NCBI GenBank assembly: GCA_041288095.1
Contig: JBGGMJ010000010.1
Span: 1 to 64,000 of the forward strand
DNA length: 64,000 bases
Reading direction: 5' to 3'
Source: Myxococcota bacterium
GTDB taxonomy: Bacteria; Myxococcota; XYA12-FULL-58-9; JALHOP01
The notes beneath the pieces are model-generated. The model searched no databases. It had not been told where the DNA came from and saw only the letters and a list, made by a program, of their open reading frames with translations. Shown here piece by piece: positions 8,900-18,113 of this stretch. Within the stretch, counting starts at the first letter, position 1, and each line of letters begins with the position of its first letter. The translations under genes were made by a program, and so were the position numbers.

Positions 8900-10603
8900 A
8901 TGCGGCGCGGGTTGGTTCTGTCATCAAGTCAGCCGGCACCGCTGAGAACATGGCTGACATTGGCGTTGGCGACCTGGGCCAATCCGGTGGACCTCGACTA
9001 CCGCTACAGCCCCGAGCAGCGTGCCCATGGCATCTCGTACCGGACCGGCGCGGACCCGGTCGTTGTCCGCTACCGCGGTGCGTACTATCTGTTTGCGACG
9101 CTCGCCGACGGCTACTGGACGTCGACCGATCTTGCGAGCTGGCGGTTCGTCAAAGCGGATGGCTGGCCGGCGGAACAGCCGGTAGCACCCGCGGTGCTCG
9201 CCACCGACTCGACGCTGTTCATGTTGCCGTCGGCGATGGCACCGACGCCGCTATTTGCCTCGCACGACCCGGCGTCGGGACGCTGGAGCGCTTCGCCGCG
9301 GGTGCTTCCCAGAGTTGGGCCACCCACTGGTCCGTGGGACCCGGCGTTGTTTCGCGACGACGATGGCAAGACGTATTTGTACTGGGGCTCGTCGAACCTA
9401 TTTCCGCTGTACGGGGTGCAGGTGGATCTCGCGGTCCCCGATCTCGTTGGGCGGACCGCGCCCCTCATCAACCTCGACCCGCCGGCCCATGGTTGGGAGC
9501 GCTTTGGCCGCGATCACGCGGATGCCGAGACGCGACCGTTTCTCGAGGGCGCCTGGATGACCAAGCGCGGTGACCGCTATTACCTCCAGTACGGCGCGCC
9601 CGGTACGGAGCACAATGTCTACGCCACGGGCGTATACGTCGGGTCCTCACCCTTGGGGCCGTTCGCGTACGCGCCGTACAACCCGGTCGCTTACAAGCCC
9701 GGCGGCTTCGTCACCGGCGCCGGCCACGGCTCGACCTTCGAGGATGCGCACGGCAACCTTTGGAGCACCGGGACGGCATGGGTCGGCTTGAATTGGCCTT
9801 TCGAGCGGCGCATCGATCTCTTCCCCGCTGGTTTCCACGATGACGGACAGCTGTGGGTCGACACGCGCTTCGGCGACTTTCCCCACCGCATACCCGATCG
9901 CAAGCTCGCGCCTGGGGAGAGCACCTTCACCGGCTGGATGTTGCTTTCGTACCGAAGGGAGCACCCGGCCACCGACGAAGATCCACGCACGTATTGGCTC
10001 GCCGAACAGCGCGTGCCGAGCCCGACGTTGACCGTCGACCTGGGCGCCGTCAAGACGGTGCGCGCGGTGCAGGTCGACTACGCGGACGTCAAAGCGGACA
10101 CCTACGCCAATGGACCGGGCGTCTATACGACGTTCGCGCTGGAGGGCATGGCGAATGGTGAGTGGACGCGGCTCGCGACCGTGGAGCGTGATCGCGATCG
10201 CCCGAATGCTTACATCGAGCTCGAACGACCCGCGCGGGTTCGGTGGGTACGCTACCGGCACGGCCACACCGCCGGAGAGCACGTCGCCATCGCCGAGCTT
10301 CGCGTCTTCGGCAACGGCGATGGTCCGGCGCCGGCTGCGCCGAAGCTCGTGAGCGCCCAACTTCAGCACGACGCGCGCAATGCTGTCATCGTTTGGGAGC
10401 CGGTTGCCGGGGTTGTCGGCTATAACGTCCGCTGGGGAATCGCGGCGGACAGGCTCTACTCGACCTATCAGCGCTGGGCGCATCAGCAGACGCGGCTCGA
10501 GCTGCGGGCTTTGTCCAAGGGGGGGCGTTACTTCGTTGCCGTTGAAGCCTTCGACGGAAACGGCGTATCTCCGTTATCACGGACCATCCCGATCGCTCCT
10601 TGA
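8900..10603 (+). CDS. glycoside hydrolase family 43 with C-terminal discoidin-like and FN3-like domains
   Basis: GADPVV, WDPALFRDDDG, EGAWM, GAGHGS motifs; LTVDLG and GYNVRWG segments. Confidence 0.9.
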   Translation: MRRGLVLSSSQPAPLRTWLTLALATWANPVDLDYRYSPEQRAHGISYRTGADPVVVRYRGAYYLFATLADGYWTSTDLASWRFVKADGWPAEQPVAPAVLATDSTLFMLPSAMAPTPLFASHDPASGRWSASPRVLPRVGPPTGPWDPALFRDDDGKTYLYWGSSNLFPLYGVQVDLAVPDLVGRTAPLINLDPPAHGWERFGRDHADAETRPFLEGAWMTKRGDRYYLQYGAPGTEHNVYATGVYVGSSPLGPFAYAPYNPVAYKPGGFVTGAGHGSTFEDAHGNLWSTGTAWVGLNWPFERRIDLFPAGFHDDGQLWVDTRFGDFPHRIPDRKLAPGESTFTGWMLLSYRREHPATDEDPRTYWLAEQRVPSPTLTVDLGAVKTVRAVQVDYADVKADTYANGPGVYTTFALEGMANGEWTRLATVERDRDRPNAYIELERPARVRWVRYRHGHTAGEHVAIAELRVFGNGDGPAPAAPKLVSAQLQHDARNAVIVWEPVAGVVGYNVRWGIAADRLYSTYQRWAHQQTRLELRALSKGGRYFVAVEAFDGNGVSPLSRTIPIAP

Positions 10604-10625
10604 GCGGTTGGCTCCGCAAACACGA

Positions 10626-10662
10626 AGGCCGCCGTGCTGGCTGGGAGCCACCACGACGGCCT
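10626..10662. terminator. hairpin between convergent GH43 gene and pnp
   Basis: AGGCCGCCGTGCTGGCT-GGG-AGCCACCACGACGGCCT, 17-bp stem with 2 mismatches. Confidence 0.65.
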
Positions 10663-10685
10663 CGGATCTGTAAGTAGCGGTTGCG

Positions 10686-12860
10686 CTAGTTGACGGCGAC
10701 TTCGCTGTCCGCCGGAGCAGACGCCTGCTCGGCCGAGCGCTGCTCGTCTTCGATTGCCGCCTTGCGTGACAGCTTGATCTTGCCCTTCTCCATGCCGATG
10801 ACCTTCACCAGCACTTCATCGCCCTCTTGCAGGACGTCCTCGACGCGCTTGACGCGGCGGTGAGCAAGCTCGCTGATGTGGATGAGGCCGTCGGTGCCCG
10901 GGAAGATTTCCACGAAGGCGCCGAAGTCGGTGATCTTGCGGACGTTGCCCATGTACAGCTTGCCGATTTCCGGCTCCTGGGTGAGATCCTTGATCATCTT
11001 GATGGCGCGAGCCGCGGCTTCGCCATCGGTCGAAGCGACGCTGACCTTGCCGTCGTCCTCGATGTTAATCTGCGTGCCGGTGCGCGCGACGATGTCCTTG
11101 ATGACCTTGCCGCCCGGTCCGATCACGTCGCGAATGCGGTCGACCTTGATCTTGAAGGTCGTGATGCGCGGCGCGTACTTCGACATCTCGACGCGCGTAT
11201 CGGCGATCGCCTTTTCCATCTGCTCGATGATGTGCAGACGGCCCTGGCGAGCCTGCTCGAGCGCGGTCTCGAGGACCTGACGATCGACGCCCGAGATCTT
11301 GATGTCCATCTGAATGGCGGTGATGCCGTTCTTGGTGCCGGCGACCTTGAAGTCCATGTCGCCCAAGTGGTCCTCGTCACCGAGGATGTCACTCAGGATG
11401 GCCATCTTGTCGCCTTCCTTGATGAGACCCATCGCGATGCCCGCGACCGCGCCCTTCATGGGCACGCCGGCGTCCATCAACGCGAGTGAGCCGCCGCACA
11501 CCGTCGCCATCGACGAGCTGCCGTTCGACTCGGTGATGTCCGAGACGATGCGGATGACGTAGGGGAAATCGTCGCCCTTCATGATGGCTCCGGAGAGCGC
11601 ACGCTCGGCGAGAGCGCCGTGACCGACTTCGCGACGGCCCGGGCCGCGCATCGGCTTGGTCTCACCGACCGAGTAGGGCGGGAAGTTATAGTGCAGCATG
11701 AAGCTGCGGTAACGCTCGCCCATGAGGTCGTCGATCTTCTGCTCGTCCTGGCGGGTGCCGAGGGTGACCGTGACGATGGACTGGGTCTCGCCGCGCGTGA
11801 AGAGCGCCGAGCCGTGCGTCCGCTCGAGCACACCGACATCGCAGGTGATCGGACGGATCTTCACGTTGTCGCGCGAGTCGAGACGACGCTTGTCGTCGAC
11901 GATCATCTTGCGGACCATGTTGTATTTGACGTCGCCCAAGATGGCGCTGATCTCGCCACCGCGGGTCGCGAGGGTTGCGTCGCCGGCGACGAGCTCTTCG
12001 ACGATCTTCTTCTTCGCCACGTCGAGCGCGGCGTAGCGCGGCAGCTTCTCGACGTTCGCGTAAGCGCTCTTCAGGTGCGGGGTCGCGATTTGCGTGACCT
12101 TCGCGACCAGGGCCTCGTCGACCTTCGGCGGGGTGTGCGCGCGCTTCGGGCGGCCGGCCGTCTTCTGCATCGCCACCTGCGCGTCGATGAGCTTCAAGCA
12201 CTCCTTGTGCGCGAGGAGCAGCGCCTCGATGGCGTCCTTCTCACTGCACTCGCGGGCGCCGCCTTCGACCATGACGATGGCCTCACGGCTGCACGCCACG
12301 AAGATGTTCAGGTCTGCCTTCTCGCGTTGCTCGAAGCTCGGGTTGACGATGAAGGTGCCGTCGAGGCGCGCGATGCGAACGCCGGCGATCGGGCCCTGGA
12401 AGGGCATGTCGCTCAGGGTCAACGCCAGCGAGGCGCCGCAGAGAGCGAGCGTGTCCGCCGGAGCGGCCGGGTCGGCGCTGAACACGGTGGCGATGACCTG
12501 CGTCTCGCAGCCCCAGCCTTCCGCGAAGAGCGGACGGCACGAGCGGTCGATGACGCGCGAGGTGAGGGTCTCTTCGTCGCGGGCCTTGCCTTCGCGCTTG
12601 AAGAAGCCACCAGGAATGCGGCCGGCGGCCGACATCTTCTCTTGGTAGTCGACGGTGAGCGGGAGGAAGTCGATACCGGGCTTGGGCTCCTTGGCGCCCT
12701 GCGCGGTGACCAGCACCATCGTTCCGCCGCAGCGGACAACGACGCCGCCCGAAGCTTGCTTCGCGACCTTACCGGTCTCGAAGGTGATGGTCTTGCCGTC
12801 GATTTCGATGGACTGAGTGACAACGCCGAGAGGACCGACGCCATGCGGATTGGTATTCAT
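10686..12860 (-). CDS. pnp: polyribonucleotide nucleotidyltransferase
   Basis: two RNase PH domains ([34 protein letters not shown]), KH and S1 domains. Confidence 0.98.
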   Translation of the reverse strand: MNTNPHGVGPLGVVTQSIEIDGKTITFETGKVAKQASGGVVVRCGGTMVLVTAQGAKEPKPGIDFLPLTVDYQEKMSAAGRIPGGFFKREGKARDEETLTSRVIDRSCRPLFAEGWGCETQVIATVFSADPAAPADTLALCGASLALTLSDMPFQGPIAGVRIARLDGTFIVNPSFEQREKADLNIFVACSREAIVMVEGGARECSEKDAIEALLLAHKECLKLIDAQVAMQKTAGRPKRAHTPPKVDEALVAKVTQIATPHLKSAYANVEKLPRYAALDVAKKKIVEELVAGDATLATRGGEISAILGDVKYNMVRKMIVDDKRRLDSRDNVKIRPITCDVGVLERTHGSALFTRGETQSIVTVTLGTRQDEQKIDDLMGERYRSFMLHYNFPPYSVGETKPMRGPGRREVGHGALAERALSGAIMKGDDFPYVIRIVSDITESNGSSSMATVCGGSLALMDAGVPMKGAVAGIAMGLIKEGDKMAILSDILGDEDHLGDMDFKVAGTKNGITAIQMDIKISGVDRQVLETALEQARQGRLHIIEQMEKAIADTRVEMSKYAPRITTFKIKVDRIRDVIGPGGKVIKDIVARTGTQINIEDDGKVSVASTDGEAAARAIKMIKDLTQEPEIGKLYMGNVRKITDFGAFVEIFPGTDGLIHISELAHRRVKRVEDVLQEGDEVLVKVIGMEKGKIKLSRKAAIEDEQRSAEQASAPADSEVAVN

Positions 12861-12935
12861 GTTCTTAAGCTTTCTTTCGCGCTCCATCACCGCGGGGTAC
12901 GCGGGGAGCACGGCTGCCTCGAAGTCACGCCTATC

Positions 12936-13014
12936 ACCTGATTGTCTTCCGTTACCGACTTCGCGCGTGCGTAACTTATGAGGCTCTGGATCTAAAACTT
13001 GGTAACGGTCAGGT
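12936..13014 (-). promoter_or_regulatory. long imperfect stem-loop in pnp 5' leader
   Basis: on the mRNA strand ACCTGA/TCAGGT and CCGTTACC/GGTAACGG pair. Confidence 0.5.
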
Positions 13015-13065
13015 TCTATCTACGCTTTTTGCTTGGGGCGTGACTTAGTCCAGCTGACTTGCCGT

Positions 13066-13081
13066 TGGCAAGATCAAAGCA
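13066..13081 (+). promoter_or_regulatory. possible sigma-54 promoter of the Kelch gene
   Basis: TGGCAAGATCAAAGCA = GG-N10-GC spacing; -12 element non-consensus. Confidence 0.35.
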
Positions 13082-13138
13082 TCGTGCTCTTGGACCCCGC
13101 GCGCGTCGAGCGACGCAATGCGGTACAAAGAGGGGGTG

Positions 13139-15121
13139 ATGGGTCGCGTCGTGGGGTTGCTCGGCATGGGCCTGGCGTTGGTCATGCTCACCTCCCGGCT
13201 GGCGGCCGCGCAAACGTGGTCGCCGCTCTCACCGGCCAACCCACCCTCCGATCGACGCTCGTGTGGCGCCGTGACGGTCGACGCCGCCGGGTCGCAGCGC
13301 ATTTTCATCTTCGGGGGCTTTGGCTCCGGGTCCGGCAACAATGTGTCGACGCGCTTTCGCGACGACCTCCTTTACTACGGCACCGCGGACGCCGATTGGC
13401 ACCTGTCCCCGGCGACCACCTCCCGTCCATCCCTGCGTGACCGCCACGCCTTGGGGTACGACCCGCTAGCGCGGCTTCTGGTCGTCTTTGGCGGCTATGC
13501 CCAGTCGGGTCCAGTGATCAATCCGACCGAGACCTACTTGGGCGACACCGCTCTCTACGACCCGACGGGCGATCAATGGTCGCTGCCAACCGTCAGCGTG
13601 ACGCGTCCGACTCCGCGCCGCGACACGCGTATGCACTGGAGCCCGCAGCTGGGACGGCTCTTGCTCTTCGGTGGCCAGGACGGTGCGTCGCGCTTCAACG
13701 AGCTCTGGGCCCTCGCCGTCAATGCCGAGTCGAACACCGCCACCTGGAGCTTGCTCACGCCGAGCGGGACGCCACCATCGCCGCGCAATGCCGCTTGTAC
13801 GGCCTACGACACCGATGCTGGGCGACTCATCATCTTCGGTGGTGAGACCAGCGACTCCGTGATGATCGGCGATACGGTTTACTACGACGTCGCGACGAAC
13901 GCTTGGCAGACCCCGACTGTCGGCGGTGATGTGCCGTCGGCTCGGGCGTACTGCGCCGCCGAATATGATCCGGTGCTCGGGCGCATGCTGCTGCATGGCG
14001 GTCAGGCTGGTACCGACGTCGTCGACGGCACCTACGACTTCGAGCCGACGACGGGCATCTGGACGTCGTTCACCATCGCCCCGACACCCGGTGCACGCGA
14101 GGTCGGCGGCATGGCTTACAGCGCCGGCCTCGGCGGCATGCTGAGCTTTGGTGGCCGCGTCGGTGGCGTCACCTATGTCGCCGACACCTGGTTGTTCACG
14201 GCGGCGACATGTGTTCCCACCGCGGCGAACGATACGACTTGCGACGGTGTCGACGACGACTGCAGCGGCGCCGCCGATGAAGACTTCGTCCCCAGTGGCA
14301 CCACCTGTGGCACCGGCCTTTGCGCGAGCAGCGGCGCGACGAGCTGCAGCGGCGGCAGCGTTCAGGACAGCTGCAGCGCGCCGGTGCCGGGCCCCCCCAT
14401 CTGCTGCGGCGACAGCGACTGCGACGACGGGGATGGCTGCACTAGCGATGGCTGCGGCCCCGACCTTACGTGCGCGCATGTCGCGAGCGGCTGCCAGGCT
14501 CCCGACCCTTGCGCTGGCAGCCAAACGGCCTGCACCTCGAGCATCTTGCGGCTCACCCGCGGCGCGGCCTCGCCAACCGCGACCCAGAGCCTCGACGCAA
14601 ACGAGCGTGTGATCCTCCAGCTCGAGCTCACGAACGGCACCTTGGCGGCGCATCTCCGCGGCTTGCGTTTTCTGCTCGAGGGGGACGTGCCCACGAGAAC
14701 GGCGCTCCTTTGGCGGGTCTATGACGACGCTGACGGCGATGGTGAAATCGACGATCCAGCCACGCCGCTCGCCGAGAGACCAGGGCCGCAGACCGCTATG
14801 GCGTACATGGATATCGATCTCGCCGCGAGCACGCGGCGCAATCTCTTGATCACCGTGCAGCGCACGCCCGTGATGGCGGACAGCGGCTGGCTTGCCCCGT
14901 TGATGTTAGCCGCGGCGCTGCTCGACCGCCGCCGTCGCCGGCTGGCGTTCCTCTGCCTCGTTGGGCTCGTGGGTGTCGAAGCCTGCGGTCGCAGCGGCTT
15001 CGAGCGTCATCTTGGTCGGCTCACGCTTACCGCTGCCATGGCCGAGCCCAGTGCCCGCGACCCTACTCAGCACGTCATCGTCATCGGCGTACCGCTGGAG
15101 AGCGCTCCCATCGACCTATGA
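13139..15121 (+). CDS. secreted Kelch-repeat beta-propeller protein with Cys-rich region
   Basis: signal peptide; six hydrophobic-GG...W repeats; CDGVDDDCSG and DCDDGDGCTSDGC Cys-rich segments. Confidence 0.88.
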   Translation: MGRVVGLLGMGLALVMLTSRLAAAQTWSPLSPANPPSDRRSCGAVTVDAAGSQRIFIFGGFGSGSGNNVSTRFRDDLLYYGTADADWHLSPATTSRPSLRDRHALGYDPLARLLVVFGGYAQSGPVINPTETYLGDTALYDPTGDQWSLPTVSVTRPTPRRDTRMHWSPQLGRLLLFGGQDGASRFNELWALAVNAESNTATWSLLTPSGTPPSPRNAACTAYDTDAGRLIIFGGETSDSVMIGDTVYYDVATNAWQTPTVGGDVPSARAYCAAEYDPVLGRMLLHGGQAGTDVVDGTYDFEPTTGIWTSFTIAPTPGAREVGGMAYSAGLGGMLSFGGRVGGVTYVADTWLFTAATCVPTAANDTTCDGVDDDCSGAADEDFVPSGTTCGTGLCASSGATSCSGGSVQDSCSAPVPGPPICCGDSDCDDGDGCTSDGCGPDLTCAHVASGCQAPDPCAGSQTACTSSILRLTRGAASPTATQSLDANERVILQLELTNGTLAAHLRGLRFLLEGDVPTRTALLWRVYDDADGDGEIDDPATPLAERPGPQTAMAYMDIDLAASTRRNLLITVQRTPVMADSGWLAPLMLAAALLDRRRRRLAFLCLVGLVGVEACGRSGFERHLGRLTLTAAMAEPSARDPTQHVIVIGVPLESAPIDL

Positions 15122-15204
15122 AAACGCATCGAGCCTCGGCGACCGGCAGTCGTTTGACCGCAGGTGACCGAGGCTCGAATCGAACGACAGGTCGTCGGAG
15201 CTTT

Positions 15205-15474
15205 TTACTTACGCAGGCCGAGACCGGCGATCAGCTTCTTGTAGCGGTTCTCGTCCTTGCGCTTCAGGTACTCGATGAGCTGCTTGCGCTGGCTGACCAT
15301 CTGCAGAAGGCCGCGGCGGCTGTGGTGGTCCTTCTTGTGGGTCTTGAAGTGCTCGGTGAGGCCGTTGATGCGCTCGGTGAGCAGGGCCACTTGGACTTCG
15401 GGCGAGCCCGTGTCGGTGCCGTGGGTGCGATACTTCTCGACGAGCTCTTGCTTCTTCTGGGTATCCGTCGCCAT
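15205..15474 (-). CDS. rpsO: 30S ribosomal protein S15
   Basis: [24 protein letters not shown], 89 aa. Confidence 0.99.
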   Translation of the reverse strand: MATDTQKKQELVEKYRTHGTDTGSPEVQVALLTERINGLTEHFKTHKKDHHSRRGLLQMVSQRKQLIEYLKRKDENRYKKLIAGLGLRK

Positions 15475-15496
15475 GCGAAACCTCTTTGTGACGCGA

Positions 15497-15536
15497 GCAT
15501 CCCCGGCGTGGTGGAGATGCCGCCTTTCGGAAGGCG
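15497..15536 (-). promoter_or_regulatory. structured rpsO leader (candidate S15 autoregulatory RNA)
   Basis: two adjacent hairpins CGCCTT-CCGA-AAGGCG and GCATCTCC-N8-GGGGATGC just 5' of the RBS. Confidence 0.5.
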
Positions 15537-15632
15537 CGGCTTGTACGCCAGCGCACTAGGTTCGTCAACCACCGCTGGCAGCCTGCGGTGCTGGCGCGGC
15601 ACTGGCGGACAACCCGCCGCCTATCTTGCCCG

Positions 15633-16385
15633 ATGATCGAGGCGATGATCGAGCTGCGCCGGCACATCGATGAAAGCATTTGGATCCGCGACCCGGTGCT
15701 TGCTGGTGCGCCTGGCGCCTCTACGATCCCTGTCGGTGAGGGCTTGGCTCGCGCCGAGCTGCTGCTCGGTGGAGCGTCCTTTCAGAGCGACATGACGTAT
15801 CGGCGGTCGGGCGGCGACCCCGGGCTCGGCTTGCCGACCGGCGTGGTCAGTGGCTGCAACATGGTGGCCGCTTTGGCTCCCCGAGCCGAAGTTGGCGGCC
15901 TTCGCCTCGGCGCTCACCTGCGTGGCGGCGTCACCGCTTCCGACCCTCGATGCATGCACGGACGCTCGGTGATCTCCGGGGAAGCGCGCCTCGAAGGGCC
16001 CGTGGCCGATGCCCGTTTCGCCGTCATCGTGAACGCAACCGCCACCGGTGCGGGGAGCCCATTTGCCGGGTCAGCGAACAGCCGGCGAGCGAACCACCGC
16101 GCGGAGGTGGGTATCGAGCTTGGCCGTGGGCTCGACGCTGCCAGCGAGCGCGTCGCGGTAAGCGCCTTCGCGGCCCATGACCGCGAGTCCATGGCGCCGT
16201 CGCAGCGACGTGGCGTGCATACGACCGGGATCAATCTTCAATACGAGCGCGCCGTGAGCTTGCCGACCGCGCCGGGGGCGAACGTCGTCGCGACATTGAT
16301 CGGCGAAGCTCGGGTCGCGCGTGTCGTCGATCTCAGGCCGACCACGCAGGCAGCCGCCATCCTGCGCTTGCGCATCAATTACTAG
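15633..16385 (+). CDS. hypothetical protein, possibly beta-strand rich
   Basis: ~250-aa ORF ending LRLRINY (alternating pattern, terminal aromatic); no clear signal peptide. Confidence 0.5.
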   Translation: MIEAMIELRRHIDESIWIRDPVLAGAPGASTIPVGEGLARAELLLGGASFQSDMTYRRSGGDPGLGLPTGVVSGCNMVAALAPRAEVGGLRLGAHLRGGVTASDPRCMHGRSVISGEARLEGPVADARFAVIVNATATGAGSPFAGSANSRRANHRAEVGIELGRGLDAASERVAVSAFAAHDRESMAPSQRRGVHTTGINLQYERAVSLPTAPGANVVATLIGEARVARVVDLRPTTQAAAILRLRINY

Positions 16386-16866
16386 GGGGCTCGCGCTCCT
16401 CGGCGCGGCGTTTCACGACGTGGTCGAGCGCGGGTGAGGCGACGAGCTCGTTGGTGAGCACGCGCGCGGCGTAGTGGGGCGTCCCTGCCGCAACCGAGCT
16501 CTGGCCGGTAAGGGCTCCCGAGCGCGCATCGGCGATGCCCATGGCGACGTTGACGCGGTCCATGACGGTGCGGCCGGCGGCGACGCGCAAGGTGAGCGCG
16601 AGGTCATGCTCATCGTGGCGGTTCGTCAGCACCGTGAAGCCGTGGTCGCGCAGCTCGTTGGCGACATCGTCGACCAGCTGGTGGCCCCAGTCGTGAACCG
16701 ATTTCACATAGGCGTCTTGCGCCCAGCGCACTTCGCGGTCGAGGAACACCGCAACCGGGCGGGCTTCCACCGGCACCGCGATGACCCGGGGCGCTGGCCC
16801 GTCTGGCGCCCGCCCGCAACCAGCCACAGCCACTAACATCGCGAAAACATGGGACATTCTGCGCAT
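16375..16866 (-). CDS. putative lipoprotein
   Basis: GAGG RBS; lipobox VAGC after a hydrophobic stretch. Confidence 0.75.
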   Translation of the reverse strand: MRRMSHVFAMLVAVAGCGRAPDGPAPRVIAVPVEARPVAVFLDREVRWAQDAYVKSVHDWGHQLVDDVANELRDHGFTVLTNRHDEHDLALTLRVAAGRTVMDRVNVAMGIADARSGALTGQSSVAAGTPHYAARVLTNELVASPALDHVVKRRAEEREPPSN

Positions 16867-16877
16867 GCCTCATAACA

Positions 16878-17068
16878 TGTGACAGGACGATGACTTTGGA
16901 AAGCGCTTTTGCCTGTGGACAAAGGTGTGCTCTGCCTGTGACGCGAGCCGTCAAAAACACCGCCTTTTCACGTGAATAACCAAAAAAAGTGAGACGTAGA
17001 TATGTTTGTGGCAGGACAATCGTCGCTCTGTGACGATAATGTGACGAAACAACTTGCGCATTGTCACA
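16878..17068. promoter_or_regulatory. AT-rich divergent regulatory region with TGTGAC repeats
   Basis: TGTGAC at 16878, 16937, 17029, 17040; inverted GTCACA at 17063. Confidence 0.6.
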
Positions 17069-17160
17069 AATGCGCTATGTTTTGAGAGTCGCTAGGAAAT
17101 TTCCGAGCGATCGTTTCGTGGGTCCCGATAGTTGGTTTTGCGATCTGGGAGGTTAGAGCT

Positions 17161-17292
17161 ATGCAGCAATGCTCGTCGCATTCGGAACAGACGCCGCGCA
17201 CCACGCTTCAACGTGTTCTCGACGTCGCTACATTCGGCTTGAAGGTCGTTTTCTGCGGCCCAGGCGCTTGTACGATTCTTCCGAAGCGCTAA
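17161..17292 (+). CDS. 43-aa small protein MQQCSSHSEQTPRTTLQRVLDVATFGLKVVFCGPGACTILPKR
   Basis: GGAGG RBS upstream and strong intrinsic terminator downstream; below the ORF-track cutoff. Confidence 0.6.
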   Translation: MQQCSSHSEQTPRTTLQRVLDVATFGLKVVFCGPGACTILPKR

Positions 17293-17330
17293 GACGCTCC
17301 GGCTCGCACAACTGATCGTGTAGATCCACG

Positions 17331-17362
17331 AATGGCGCGGAAGATACCGCGCCATTTTTTTT
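17331..17362 (+). terminator. rho-independent terminator
   Basis: AATGGCGCGG-AAGATA-CCGCGCCATT followed by a T run. Confidence 0.88.
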
Positions 17363-17500
17363 GGCGCACGAGTCCGCTATGGCGGACACAAGTGCCTGGA
17401 CGTCAGGTCTGAAAGCAGATCTTGCGCGAACCTCGAGGTCCGCGGGCCCGATAAACACTCCGAGACACGACATCGCCGCCTTGCATCATTCGGAGCTCCT

Positions 17501-18109
17501 GTGTTCGCCAGCACTGCTACGGCCATCCCGCTTCGTGACGTGCGCCTGATCGATCCCATCATCGCGCAGAAGCTGCGCGTCGAGCTTGGCGCGTCCGCGG
17601 AAACCGTCACCGCCGACACGGCTGCAAAGGTTCTCACCACCGCCGAACGCCGTACATTCGACGCGCTCGTCCGCAATCAAAGCGAGGACGAATCGCGCAC
17701 ACGCCGGGTCACCGTCCTCGCCATCGGCGGCTTGGTGCTTGCCAACGCGTACTTGCTGATGCCTGGCGTGTTGGCGGCGCTGCCCCCGGCGCTCAGCACG
17801 GCTCTCGTCCTGGGCGGCGCCTTTGCTCTCGGCGGGGTGCTGCGCAAGGCACTCGATCGTCTGAGCCCACGTTACGAGCTGCCGCTGCCCGAGAGCCTCG
17901 AGGTCACAGCGCGCTGCAATCGCATCGATGAAGCGTTCGAAGAGGTGCCGCGGTTGCGCCGCGGCGAATTCGCCTGGCTCGAAAAGCAGGTCGACGACGG
18001 CCTTGCCGAGCTCGCGAAGCTCTCGAGCCCCGAGACGCGCGTCGTCATCGACCTCGCCACCACCTACTATCGCGAGCGCTTGGAAAAAGAGCGCGCCGAC
18101 CTGGCGTAG
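17501..18109 (+). CDS. hypothetical membrane protein (2 TM)
   Basis: GGAG RBS before GTG; two hydrophobic helices. Confidence 0.7.
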   Translation: MFASTATAIPLRDVRLIDPIIAQKLRVELGASAETVTADTAAKVLTTAERRTFDALVRNQSEDESRTRRVTVLAIGGLVLANAYLLMPGVLAALPPALSTALVLGGAFALGGVLRKALDRLSPRYELPLPESLEVTARCNRIDEAFEEVPRLRRGEFAWLEKQVDDGLAELAKLSSPETRVVIDLATTYYRERLEKERADLA

Positions 18110-18113
18110 CGGC

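Noticed and set aside
16913-16922. DnaA-box-like CTGTGGACAA in an AT-rich spacer (possible origin)
   Set aside because: Single imperfect box, with no dnaA/dnaN context or box cluster
17092-17355. 87-aa minus-strand ORF
   Set aside because: Starts inside the terminator hairpin, lacks an RBS and overlaps the better-supported plus-strand 43-aa ORF
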